Shown here one piece after another: positions 1-10,415 of a stretch of 64,000 bases of DNA (positions are counted from its first letter, which is position 1; each line of letters opens with the position of its first letter). Under the pieces are notes generated by a model, which worked only from the letters and a program-made list of their open reading frames with translations, searched no databases and was not told where the DNA came from. Where the stretch lies: the NCBI GenBank assembly GCA_013416795.1, contig RQSC01000026.1:517812-581811 (forward strand), given 5' to 3'. The position numbers were made by a program, and so were the translations under genes. This stretch comes from Prasinococcaceae sp. CCMP 1430 (taxonomy: Eukaryota > Plantae > Prasinodermophyta).

Positions 1-642
1 GAGATCGGCTTCCACCAGGTCCTCTGGCGGTCCCAGTTCTTCCGGCGCGAGACTCAGAGCGACGGCTTCGCATACGTGCTCAAGGTCTGGAGGACGTATC
101 GCAACTTCAAGCATGTGGACGCCCTGAGGCACCGCACGAATGTGCCCGACGATGAGCTGTTGGCCGCGCTCAAGTTGGCGGAGGAGGCGTGCGAGCAAGC
201 CACACCGGAGGAGGTGCTCGAGCTCGGCCTGTTCGACGATCTGATGTTCCAAGCTCCCCAGGCCCCGCCCGCGCGAGTGCCCGTACCGGCAAATTCTTTC
301 GCACCCGCGCCGTGCACCGCGAGGAGCCTTGTTCAATCCACGGAGACCCGCAGACTAGCATCGTTTAATCATTATCATTATGCAACTACACGCGCATTTT
401 CCATATTTGAAATCTCAGCTCTATCAACCCCTTTGAAATCCATCCTCTTCCTCTTCCAGCCCGACGGCGGCGCACGCCACACCGCGCGCCGCGGGGGCGC
501 GCACGCACGCAGCCCCCCCCCCCTTCCCCGGGACCGCCCGATGGCCCTCCAGCAGCAGCGCCCTCCCCCCCGCCCCACTCTCCCCACCTCCTTCCTCGCC
601 GCGCCCGCTCCGACGACAACCACCACGACCACCCTCCAATAA
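1..642 (+). CDS. 3' part of an unidentified ORF entering from outside the window
   Basis: Frame 1 is open from base 1 (EIGFHQVLWRSQFFRRETQSDGFAYVLKVWRTYRNFKH...) to TAA 640-642. Codon use is coding-like to ~340, then AT-richer. No motif recognised. Confidence 0.35.
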   Translation, partial: EIGFHQVLWRSQFFRRETQSDGFAYVLKVWRTYRNFKHVDALRHRTNVPDDELLAALKLAEEACEQATPEEVLELGLFDDLMFQAPQAPPARVPVPANSFAPAPCTARSLVQSTETRRLASFNHYHYATTRAFSIFEISALSTPLKSILFLFQPDGGARHTARRGGAHARSPPPLPRDRPMALQQQRPPPRPTLPTSFLAAPAPTTTTTTTLQ

Positions 643-871
643 CAGCACCCCACAACAACGAGCGAGCGAGATGCCCCACCATCCCCCGACGACCACCGCC
701 ACCGCCATCGCGACAGCAACAACCGCAACCCCCCCCCTCCCCTCCCCCCCCCTGTCACGCCTCCTTCTCTCCTCACTCCACCACCACTCCTCCTCCTCCC
801 GCGACCCCTCCCCCCCCGCGCTCCGCGTCCTCTCGCACCAGCAAAAGCCGCGTCATCCTCCACCCCCGCCA

Positions 872-1660
872 TCAACGGCGCGACGTCGAGATTCGGAAGA
901 AGACACCCCGCCGCCCTCGCCCTCGCACCCCCCCCACACCGCCCGCAACGACGACGCACCCACCACACCAACGACGACGACCCACTGCACGTACGCGCAG
1001 CTCGCCGCGCGCTTCGTCCGAGTCGCTCGCGGCGTCGCGTGCGGTGCGAAGGACCCCCTGCACCTGGCCATGTGATTGCCTGCCCGCCCCGGACGCGCGC
1101 GCGCTGCGCGGGCCTGTCCGTCCGCTGGCCTCGCCCGCGCCCAGCAGGTTGCGCCGCACCTTTTGCGCGCGACGCCGTCGCCGCTGCTCCAGCGACGACG
1201 CGGGCGACGCGAGCGCGGCGAGCGCGTGGAGCTCATCCGCACCCGTGTCCTCGAGGTCGTAGCTGGGCAGCGAGTTGGGCAGGCGCAGGTCCGCAACGTC
1301 CATGTCCGAGGGCGCGCGCACGCAAAGCACCTCGGAGCCATCGGAAGCGCGCAGCACGACCACGCCGCCGTCGGGCACATCGCTCGCCGCGCACACCACG
1401 GCGCGGTACGCGCGTTCCGCCGCAGAGCGCTTCTCCTGCGCACGCGCCGCGTCTGTGGCGGCATCAGCGGCGGCGGCGACGACCCCATCGACACCGGCAT
1501 CGGCATCGGCGTCGGCATCGGCATCGTCGCAGCCATCGCCATCGCTGCTGCCTTCGCCTCCTCCCCGGCCGCTCACCTCGACCGCGGCGGCGCGCAGCGC
1601 TCCGCCGCCGCCGTCGCCATGGCCTCCGACCAAGAAGGCTGCGATGGAGAAGACGCTCGA
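872..1660 (-). CDS. Possible exon or fragment of an unknown protein
   Basis: The minus frame gives protein-like text (RAVVCAASDVPDGGVVVLRASDGSEVLCVR...LRLPNSLPSYDLEDTG) with high GC3. No start, end or family established, and the strand is ambiguous. Confidence 0.25.
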   Translation of the reverse strand, partial: SSVFSIAAFLVGGHGDGGGGALRAAAVEVSGRGGGEGSSDGDGCDDADADADADAGVDGVVAAAADAATDAARAQEKRSAAERAYRAVVCAASDVPDGGVVVLRASDGSEVLCVRAPSDMDVADLRLPNSLPSYDLEDTGADELHALAALASPASSLEQRRRRRAQKVRRNLLGAGEASGRTGPRSARASGAGRQSHGQVQGVLRTARDAASDSDEARGELRVRAVGRRRWCGGCVVVAGGVGGVRGRGRRGVFFRISTSRR

Positions 1661-1689
1661 TTTTGAGGATCCGCCTGCGATCGATCGTG

Positions 1690-3320
1690 GGCGCTCTCCC
1701 TGCCCGCGCCCCCCCGCCTCGCCCCGCCGCCCGCGCTGCGCGTCGTGGCGCTCGGGGGCGAGCCCATGCGCCGCGGCGTGGTGGAGGCGTGGGCGCGCGC
1801 CGTCGAGCTGCGCAACGTGTACGGCGTCACGGAGGCGTGCGCGTACCAGACGTTTCACAGGATGCGCCCGGGCGAGGACCCCATGTGCATCGGCGCGCCG
1901 CTGCCGTGCTGCGCGGTCGACCTCGTGCCTGACGACAGCGGGGAGGAGGAGGGCGACGATCACCACGCGGCAGCGTCGATCGGCGTGCTGCGCGTGCGCG
2001 GCCCCACGGTCGCCTCCGGCTACCTGGGCGGCGAAAGAGGCGCCCTCACGGAAGCGTTCGCCACGGACGAGCGGAACGTCCGCAGCTTCCTGACCAACGA
2101 CCTCGCCTACGAGCGCGCGCCCGACGAGCTGGTGTTCGTGGGCAGGCGCGACGGCCAGGTGAAGATCGCGGGCGCCCGGGTGGAGCTCGGGGAGGTCGAG
2201 GCGGCGCTGGGCACGTGCCCGCTCGTCGCGGGCGAGCGAGGCGTCGCGGCCGTCACGGTCCTCGCGCCCACGACGCACGGCTCTCCCGCCGCCGCCGACG
2301 ACGACGCACAGCGAGCCCCCTCCAACCCAACCCAGCTCCTCGTCGGCCTGGTCGTCCCCCACCCCTCCGAAGAAATCCAGGCCCTGCCGTGGGACGCCGC
2401 GTGCGAGCGCGCCGCCATCGGGGCCTGCGCCGTGCTGCTGCCCCAGCACGCCGTCCCCTCGCGCGTGCTCCCGATCGGCGACATCCCGCTCACCGCGTCG
2501 GGCAAGGTCGACAGGCGCGCGCTGGCGCGCTTCGCGCGCGCCGCGCTGGGGGCCGAGGCGGAGGCGCGGCGCGCGCGCGCCCTCGTCGTCGAGCAGGAGC
2601 AGGAGCCCCCACTCTCGCGCCTCGAGCGCGCGGTGGCGGGCGTGTGGGCGGCGGTGCTGGGCGCCGAGGTCGCCGACGTGCTCGCCGACTCGTCGTTCCT
2701 GGCGCTCGGCGGGAACAGCCTGGCGGCGCTGCGCGCCTCGCGGATGCTGCAGCGCGTCGTCGTCGCCCCGCGGTCCTCCGAGGCGGCAACCGTGGCCCTC
2801 GCCGCCGTCGAGCGCGGCATCGACGCCGGCGAGGCGGCGGTGCTCGCCGCCGGCGCGAGGAGGGCGGCGAAAGAAAAGGCCGCGGCCTGGTCGTCCGAGG
2901 AGGAGGACGCCGCGTGCCTGTTCGGCCTGGACATGGGGGCGCTCGCGCCGTGCGAGCTCGTGCTCCGGCCCGTGCTCCGCGAGTACGCCGCCTTCCTCTC
3001 GGGCCGCGGCGTGACCGTCAGCGGCGACGCGGGCGCCCAGCAGCCCCACCGGCAGCACCCCCCCCTCGGGAACGCAACCGCCCCCGCCGACCAGACGACC
3101 CACTGCCCACAGACACCACCACCACCACCACCACCACCACCAACACCAACGCTCGCCGACCGCCTCCTCATCCAGACCTGCGGCGAGGGCCGCGGCGCGG
3201 TGGCGCGCGCGCTCCTCGCGACCGGGGCCTCCTCCCCCGACGCGGCCCTTCCCGACGGCTTCGGCGCGCTGCACGCCGCCGCGGCGGCGGGCGCCACCGA
3301 GTGCGTGGGCGCGCTTGCAG
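1690..3320 (+). CDS. NRPS-like/AASDH-like protein fragment: C-terminal adenylation domain + peptidyl-carrier (PCP) domain + ankyrin-like repeat
   Basis: LRVVALGGEPM, RNVYGVTE (A5), VRGPTVASGYL (A6), FLTNDL (A7 variant), GRRDGQVKIAGARVELGEVE (A8), GKVDRRAL (A10), PCP LGGNSL (Ser at 2717), then GFGALHAAAAAGATECVGAL (ankyrin-like). A possible A1 motif CTYAQLAAR lies at ~985-1010. A2-A4 are absent and there is no clean start or stop. Confidence 0.85.
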
Positions 3321-4188
3321 CGGCACAAACGCCCGTTCGCCATCGTCCTCAGTCTCCGTCTCCATGGCGAAGTCCGAAAAGTAGTCGCGAGAGCCGAAGA
3401 AGCGCGAGTCCACGAGCGAGCGAAGCAGGCCGCCTGGCAGAGCTGCGACCGTATGGCGGCGTTCCGCGCACATGGCCAGCAGTGCCACATCTGCGACGCT
3501 CGCACGTCGGCCGACGACGCGCACGGCGGCGACGGCACAGCGTGCGGCCCGCACGAATCGTGCACGAGGTCGCAGGTCCTCCCTGCCCGCGGACGATGGA
3601 ACCACGGTGGTGTCCATGCCCGAGAACGCGCTTGCGCTGCCAACCCTGCGGCTGCTGTGCCGCGCGGCGTTGAAACGTCCGAAGTTCTCACGCGCGACGG
3701 CCGGGAAGCTGTCCTTCGAAGGCACCGATCGCACTGCTATCCACGGGTGGCGCAGGCACTCGGCCGCCGTAGGGCGGCTCGCGTAGTCAACAGTGAGCAT
3801 CGCCCTCACCAGCTGGCGCGCGGGCGCGCCCACGTGCGCCCACTCGCTCTCGACCCACTCGATCCTGCCGTGCACAATCTTGCGATAGACGGACATGTGC
3901 GCATCCGCCAAGCCTTGCGGATGGGTGCCGGCCGGGGGTGGATCGGGGGAGAATGGGAAGCTGCCGCAGAGCATGATAAAGAGCATCACCCCGAGGCTCC
4001 AGACGTCGCACCGCTCATCGTACGGCTGCCCGAGCAGAATCTCAGGCGCGACATAGTTGGGCGAGCCGAGGCGCGTTGCGAAGCGCGCATCCATCCCGTT
4101 CTGCACGTCTCGCTTCTGCGCAAAGCCAAAGTCGATGAGCTTAACTTCGGCATCCTTGGCGCCGGTGGCGAATACGACGTTCTCGGGC
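3168..4188 (-). CDS. Ser/Thr protein kinase, CAMK-type; C-terminal exon, 5' part lost at the gap at 4348
   Basis: After a cag acceptor at ~4189: PENVVF...VKLIDFGFA...RLGSPNYVAPE...YDERCDVWSLGVMLFIMLCGSFPF...RPTAAECLRHPWI (subdomains VIb-XI). The true 3' end is uncertain beyond ~3320. Confidence 0.85.
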
Positions 4189-4348
4189 TGGCGAGCGCAC
4201 CGGACAGGGTCGTGGACGATTTCGGCGCACGCAGGCCGCGCATGCGCTCGTTAGCGCTGCGAACAGAGAGCAAGTCGAGGCGTGCGGATAGGCGATGCGA
4301 CCTGACCGTGCCGTCGCGCGCGCCCGTGCGCGCCCGCAAGCGCAATCN

Positions 4349-5399
4349 GTGCTGGAGCCCGGACGGCTCGCGCCTGGCTTCGGCGAGCTACGACACGACG
4401 GTGCGCGTGTGGGACGCGTCGACCGGCAAGGCGGTGCACGTGCTCGAGGGACACGAGGATTACGTGTACTCGGCGTGCTGGAGCCCGGACGGCTCGCGCC
4501 TGGCTTCGGCGAGCTACGACACGACGGTGCGCGTGTGGGACGCGTCGACCGGCAAGGCGGTGCACGTGCTCGAGGGACACGAGGATTACGTGTACTCGGC
4601 GTGCTGGAGCCCGGACGGCTCGCGCCTGGCTTCGGCGAGCTACGACACGACGGTGCGCGTGTGGGACGCGTCGACCGGCAAGGCGGTGCGCGTGCTCGAG
4701 GGGCACGATCGTCAAGTGTGCTCAGTGTGCTGGAGCCCGGACGGCTCGTGCCTGGCGTCGGCAAGCTCGGACAACACGGTGCGCGTGTGGGACACGTCGA
4801 CCGGCGAGGCAGTGCGCGTGCTCGAGGGACACAAGGCTTATGTGGTCTCGGCGTGCTGGAGCCCGGACGGCTCGCGCCTGGCGTCGGCGAGCGGAGACAT
4901 GACGGTGCGCGTGTGGGACGCGTCGACGGGCAAGGCGGTGCACGTGCTCGAGGGACACACGCATGCAGTGGCTTCGGTGTGCTGGAGCCCGGACGGCTCG
5001 CGCCTGGCGTCGGCGAGCTGCGACAACACGGTGCGCGTGTGGGACGCGTCGACGGGCAAGGCGGTGCGCGTGCTCGAGGGCCACAGTTATTACGTGGCCT
5101 GGGTGTGCTGGAGCCCGGACGGCTCGCGCCTGGCGTCGGCGGGCTGGGACAAGACGGTGCGCGTATGGGACGCGTCGACCGGCGAGGCGGTGCACGTGCT
5201 CGAGGGCCACACGGATGTCGAGAGCTCAGTGTGCTGGAGCCCGGACGGCTCGCGCCTGGCGTCGACGAGCAACGACAACACGGTGCGCGTGTGGCGATTC
5301 ACTTTAGGACTACCTGGCATATACACGCGCTTGCGCTCGCGCGAACTTCAGCGTCGATCCACTCGAGCCCACTGGAGCACTCAATCGGCACACGCATGA
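4349..5399 (+). CDS. WD40-repeat protein, C-terminal part with highly conserved internal repeats; N-terminus missing at the gap
   Basis: About 7.5 copies of CWSPDGSRLASASxDxTVRVWDASTGxAVxVLEGH, then a unique tail to TGA at 5397-5399. Confidence 0.9.
4350..5295 (+). repeat. 126-bp tandem repeat array (8 unit starts) encoding the WD40 repeats
   Basis: tgctggagcccggacggctc recurs at 4350, 4476, 4602, 4728, 4854, 4980, 5106 and 5232. Units 1 and 2 appear nucleotide-identical. Confidence 0.95.
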
Positions 5400-5539
5400 G
5401 CTTCGAGGCGAGAGCTCGCGCGTGGCAATGGCAGTAGCTGCGCTCTTCCTTAAGAAGTGTGTCACGTGGCCCTGGCTTCCTCGCCGGTCGCCAAGGTGAT
5501 GCTGTGCACGGCGTCGCCCTGCTCGCTCGCAAAAATTAA

Positions 5540-6854
5540 TCAAGCCCCTGCTCTCGCTCGGTGCCACTCGAGCGTGGGCGCGGCGATGCCGAACGTGCCG
5601 GTGACGCACACCACGGCGCGGCCGCGACGGCTCGCGCGGCCCGCGAGCGCCAGCGCCGCGTCGAGGGCCTCGCCCACGGAGGAGGCGACCTCGGCGACGG
5701 GCGTGCCCCTCGCGCCTCCCTCCCCGCCGCCGCTCGCGAGGACGGCCCGCCACGCGGCCCCAGGGGATGAGGAGAACGGCTGTCGCAAGCGATGCGGTTN
5801 GTGTCCGCACGCGAGCTGCGACCTTGTGCTGACCGCCCTGAGCGCTCGCCGCGGCAGGTGGCTATGGGAGGACGAGCCCAACGGCTACGCCAGCCTCGTG
5901 CCGAGGGAGGACAGAGGCGGACGCGATTACGAGAACTCACACTGGCAGTGCATCGTGGCCGCAGAGTGGCCTGGCGTGGGGGCCTAGGAATTCCTAATAA
6001 GTAATAACGCACTAATAACGAGGCAAGTGCTCGCACGGCAGTCCCGGGCAAGCTCAAGGCTGCGCTTCCCGCACTACCTAGGAAGGTTCCGACCACATAT
6101 CGCTCTAGCTCTAGCCCTCTACTAGACTAGCTAACTCTGGCTAGCTCTCTACTAGAGTAGTTCTACTCGCTGGATGGCGTGCGAGCCACCGCGCTCAAGC
6201 GGCGATAGCGGCCGCCCCCCGCCGCCGCGCCCCAGCTCGCCACCTCCGCCACGCGCACGAGCGGCGCGCCCGCCCTCGCGGCCTCGTCGGCGACGACCTC
6301 CATCACCTCGGGGTAGGGCTGCGGCGCCACCACGAGGGGCACGCCCGGGCGGGCGACGCCGGCCTTGGCGCGCGCGATGCTCTCGAGCGTGCCCCCGAGC
6401 GCGTCGGCGTGCTCGAGGTGGACGGGCGTGAGCACGGACGCGGCGAGCCCCGCGCCGTCCGGCGGGGCGACGTTGGTGGCGTCGCGCACGCCGCCGAGGC
6501 CCGCCTCGAGGATGGCCACGTCCACCCGCTCGTCGGCGAAATGCCGCAGGGCGAGCGCCGTGAACGCCTCGAAGAAGCTCAGGGCGCCGCCCTCGGCCGC
6601 GGCGGCGGAGGCGACGGTGCCCCGGTGCCGCGCGCACAGCGCGTCGAGCTCGGCGGCGGACGCCGGCACGCCCCCGACGCGCACGCGCTCGCCGAAGTGG
6701 ACGACGTGCGGCGACGAGTACTCGCCCGTCGCCACGCCCGCCGCGCGCAGCACGGCACCCAGCAGCGCCGCCGTCGAGCCCTTGCCCTTGGAGCCCACCA
6801 CGTGCACCAGGCGCATCGCGCGCCGCGCCGCGCCGGCCGAGGCCGAGCTGCCGG
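5540..6854 (-). CDS. folC: Folylpolyglutamate/dihydrofolate synthase (FolC family), fragmented
   Basis: VHVVGSKGKGST, YSSPHVVHFGERVRV, SFFEAFTALA, ILEAGLGGVRDATN, HLEHADALGGTLESIARAKAGV at 6190-6850; C-terminal AVVCVTGTF at 5540-5790. The middle part and N-terminus are missing at gaps. Confidence 0.9.
5858..5987 (+). CDS. Orphan terminal exon of an unidentified gene (WLWEDEPNGY...NSHWQCIVAAEWPGVGA*)
   Basis: GCTGAC branch point at ~5828, cag acceptor at 5857, TAG at 5985-5987 followed by three TAATAA. The upstream part is cut at the N at 5800. Confidence 0.45.
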
Positions 6855-7089
6855 NNNNNNNNNNNNNNNNNNNNNNNNNNNNNNNNNNNNNNNNNNNNNN
6901 NNNNNNNNNNNNNNNNNNNNNNNNNNNNNNNNNNNNNNNNNNNNNNNNNNNNNNNNNNNNNNNNNNNNNNNNNNNNNNNNNNNNNNNNNNNNNNNNNNNN
7001 NNNNNNNNNNNNNNNNNNNNNNNNNNNNNNNNNNNNNNNNNNNNNNNNNNNNNNNNNNNNNNNNNNNNNNNNNNNNNNNNNNNNNNNNN
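6855..7089. other. Assembly gap (N run); other gaps at 4348, 5800, 16835-16848, 39058-39585, 46163-46984, 48980-49321 and 60086-60087
   Basis: N characters in the sequence; most gaps abut extreme-GC or (CG)n stretches near gene 5' ends. Confidence 0.99.
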
Positions 7090-7099
7090 GCGCAAGCAC

Positions 7100-9234
7100 A
7101 TGCCGCCCCGGGAGAAGAAGCGCGCGCCGTCCGCCGAGCCGGCGGGCGCGCCGCCGGCCAAGGAGGCGCGGCCGCCGGCAAAGCCTGCCCCTCCGACGAC
7201 CGCTCCCGCTCCCGACGACCACATCGATGGCGACGGGCAAGAGAAAGAAAACGCGGTGCCCGTGGTGCGCCTCGGGCGCACCGAGTGGGCCGACGGCCGC
7301 GCGTGCACGCACGAGGTGGCGCTCCCGCCCGAAACAACAACAACAACAACAGACGCCCCCCCATCCCCGTCCCCATCCCCATCCCCATCCCACCCTACCC
7401 ACAAAAAACGCGCGACGTCGATGGCCAAGCGCTACCCCTTCCGACTCGACCCCTTCCAGCAGCAGTCGATCGCGTGCCTGGAGGACGGCGAGAGCGTGCT
7501 GGTGGCGGCGCACACGTCCGCGGGCAAGACCGTCGTCGCGGAGTACGCCGTCGCCATGGCGCTGCGCGACGGCCAGCGCGTCGTGTACACGTCGCCGCTC
7601 AAGGCGCTCTCCAACCAGAAGTTCAGGGAGCTGCAGGAGGAGTTCGGCGACGTGGGCCTGCTCACCGGCGACAACTCGATAAACCCCAACGCGAGCTGCC
7701 TGGTCATGACGACGGAGATCCTGCGCTCGATGCTCTACCGCGGGTCGGAGGTCGTGTCCAGCTGCCGCTGGCTCATCATGGACGAGATCCACTACATGCG
7801 CGACAGGGAGCGCGGCGTCGTGTGGGAGGAGTCCATCGCGCTCGCGCCGCGCGGCGCACGCTTCGTCTTCCTCAGCGCGACCATCCCCAACGCCCCCGAG
7901 TTCGCGGGCTGGGTGGCGCGCCTGCACGCGCAGCCGTGCCACGTGGTGTACACCGACTACCGCCCGACGCCCCTCGAGCACTACCTCTTCCCGGCGGGGG
8001 GGGAGGGCATATACCTGGTGGTCGACCGGGGGCGCACCTTCCGCGAGGAGAACTTCGAGCGCGCCATCGCCGCGATGGAGGCCGCCTCGCGCGAGCGGGC
8101 CGAGAGGCGCGCGGTGGAGGCCGCGCTGGCGCGCGAGGGCGGCGGCGGCGGCGGCGGGCGCCCCTCCTCCAACAGCAAGGCCGTCGTCGCCCCCCAGAAC
8201 AGGAAGGGCGGCCCCTCCTCCGACATCTACAAGCTCATCAAGATGGTCATGAGCAAGGGCTTCGACCCCGTGATCGTCTTCGCGTTCTCCAAGCGCGAGT
8301 GCGACAGCCTGTCGCAGCAGATGGCGGGCATGGACCTCTCCGAGGACGGCGAGAAGCCCATGGTCGACCAGATCGTCGAGAGCGCGCTGGCCTGCCTCGA
8401 CCCGGCCGACCGCGCCCTCCCTCAGGTGGCCAACCTGGTCCCCATGCTCCGGCGCGGCATCGGCGTGCACCACAGCGGCCTGCTGCCGCTGCTCAAGGAG
8501 CTCGTCGAGGTGCTCTTCCAGGAGAACTTTCTGAAGTGCCTGTTCGCCACGGAGACGTTCTCCACCGGCCTCAACATGCCCGCCAAGACCGTCGTGTTCA
8601 CCAACGCGCGCAAGTTCGACGGCGAGGGCTTCCGGTGGATCTCGGGCAGCGAGTACATCCAGATGAGCGGGCGCGCGGGCCGCCGCGGCAAGGACGACCG
8701 CGGCGTGGTCATCCTGATGATGGAGGACAAGATGCAGCCCGAGACCGCCAAGTCGATGGTCAAGGGAAAGCCCGACCCCCTGTACTCGTCCTTCCACGTG
8801 TCGTTCTCCATGCTCATCAACATGGCCAGGTCGGCGGGCGGCGTGGAGCCCGAGGAGCTCGTGTCGAAGACCTTCGCGCAGTACCAGGCCGAGCGCGCCA
8901 TGCCCGAGCTGCTCGCAAAGGCCGAGCGGCTCGAGGCGGAGCGCGACGCGATTCAGGTGGACGGCGCCGACGAGAGCGCCGTGCGCGACTACCTGGACGC
9001 CGAGGCGCGGCTGGGGGCCGCGCGCGCGCAGGCGCGCGCCATCACGCACGCGCCGCAGCACGCGCTGCCCTACCTGCAGGGCGGGCGCCTCGTCAAGGTC
9101 GCCGCCGCCGCCGGCGGCGACGGGCGGGCCTGCTGGGGCGTGGTCATCAAGAGCACGCGCACGGGGGGCGCGAGCAGCAAGGCCGAAGGAAAGAAGGCGG
9201 CCTCGGGCGGCGACGGCGCCGAGGCGGACCCCGT

Positions 9235-9267
<33 letters not shown>

Positions 9268-10415
9268 GAGGGCTTTCGGCAGGGTCTGACCCCAAATGCG
9301 CCTCCGTCGTCTGGGGCTCCCTCCTCCTCCTCCGCCTTGCTCTCGAGTATCCCGAGGTGGCGGTGCTGGGCGTCCCGCTCACGCGCGTGGTGGCCATCTC
9401 CTCGCTGCGGGTGAAGCTGCCGCCCGAGGTGCGCACGCCCGAGGGCAGGGCGCGAGCGGGCTCGGTGCTGTGCGAGGTGCTCAGGCGCGTGGCGGCCAAG
9501 GGCGCCGACGCCCCGCGCTCCGGCGACGCGAGCACAAAAAGAGCGGCCGCCGAGCCAAAGCTCCTCGACTCGAGCCGCGACCTCGGCGTGGACGCGCCCA
9601 TCGTGGGCGCGCTGCAGGGCAGGATCGCCAAGCTGGAGCGCAAGCTGCGCTCGCACGCGCTGCTGGGCGGCGCCGACGCGTCGGGCGGCCTCCCCGCGGC
9701 GGCGGCGGCGGCCGTCGAGGCCGTGCGCGCGCGCGAGCGGCTGAGCGCCGCGGCCGAGGAGGCGCGCACGGAGGCGGCGGTGGCGGGGGGGCTCATCTTC
9801 AAGGACGAGATGCGCGGGCGGCGCAGGGTGCTCAAGCGCCTCGGATACGTCAGCGGCGAGGACGTGGTGCAGCTGAAGGGCCACGTGGCCGCGGAGCTGG
9901 GCGCCGCCTCGGACGAGCTGGTCATGTGCGAGCTCATCTTCTCGGGCGCCCTGCAGGAGCTCTCGGGGCCCTGCCTGGCCGCCGCGGCGAGCGTGCTGTC
10001 CTCGCCCGACCGCAAGGCGGCCGCGAAGGACAACACGCAGCCGCGGAAGCGCCTGCGGGACGATCTGGAGCGGGTGTACGAGGCCGTGTGCACCGCGGCC
10101 AAGACGGTGGGCAAGGCCATGGTCGAATGCCGCGCGGGTGTGCTCGACGCGGACGACTTCGTGCGCTCGTTGTCGTCCGAGGCGATGGAGGTGACGCACA
10201 TGTGGGCGAGCGGCGCGTCGTTCCCCGAGGTGCTCAAGATCGCGGGCGGGTTCGAGGGCAACCTCGTGCGCGGCCTGCGGCGCACGGAGGACCTCATGCG
10301 GCAGGTGGCCACCGGTGCGCGCAGGGCCGGCGAGGACGCGCTCGCGGAGGCCATGGAGGACGCGCGCGAGCTCGTGCGCAGGGGGGTCGTGTTCGCGCCC
10401 TCGCTGTACCTGTAG
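7100..10415 (+). CDS. MTR4: Ski2-like DExH-box RNA helicase MTR4/HEN2 (exosome cofactor); frame change at ~9240-9350 (intron or frameshift)
   Basis: YPFRLDPFQQQS, AHTSAGKT, TSPLKALSNQK, MTTEILRSMLYRG, IMDEIHY, FLSATIPN, GIGVHHSGLLP, FATETF, QMSGRAGRRG; C-terminal DSHCT domain ending RRGVVFAPSLYL*. Confidence 0.95.

Noticed and set aside
1290-1420. Rieske-like start (VVCAASDVPDGGVVVL...) on the minus strand
   Set aside because: The CxH...CxxH ligands do not follow.
1679-1686. GATCGATC as a Hi-C ligation scar
   Set aside because: The same motif occurs in an ordinary intergenic microsatellite at ~39808-39820. One occurrence is not diagnostic, so it is noted only as part of the junction finding.
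4350-5295. CRISPR-like regular repeat array
   Set aside because: There are no unique spacers, the 126-nt period is a multiple of 3 and encodes WD40 blades, and the context is eukaryotic with no cas genes.
3315-5399. 694-aa ORF as a single protein with a novel N-terminus fused to WD40
   Set aside because: Its N-terminal half is the antisense of the kinase exon, and it reads through an N at 4348, a scaffold join.
1745-5399. One A-PCP-ANK-WD40 gene (AASDH-like) spliced around the kinase
   Set aside because: No supportable donor/branch/acceptor set links 3315 to 4349, and the gap at 4348 breaks continuity. Not excluded, but unsupported.
6152-10354. 1400-aa minus-strand ORF, and similar giant ORFs at 872-3691, 11739-16019, 18199-20391, 36425-38980 and 48914-50713
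   Set aside because: These are antisense or alternate-frame shadows of real genes, caused by stop-codon scarcity at very high GC; they carry no motifs.
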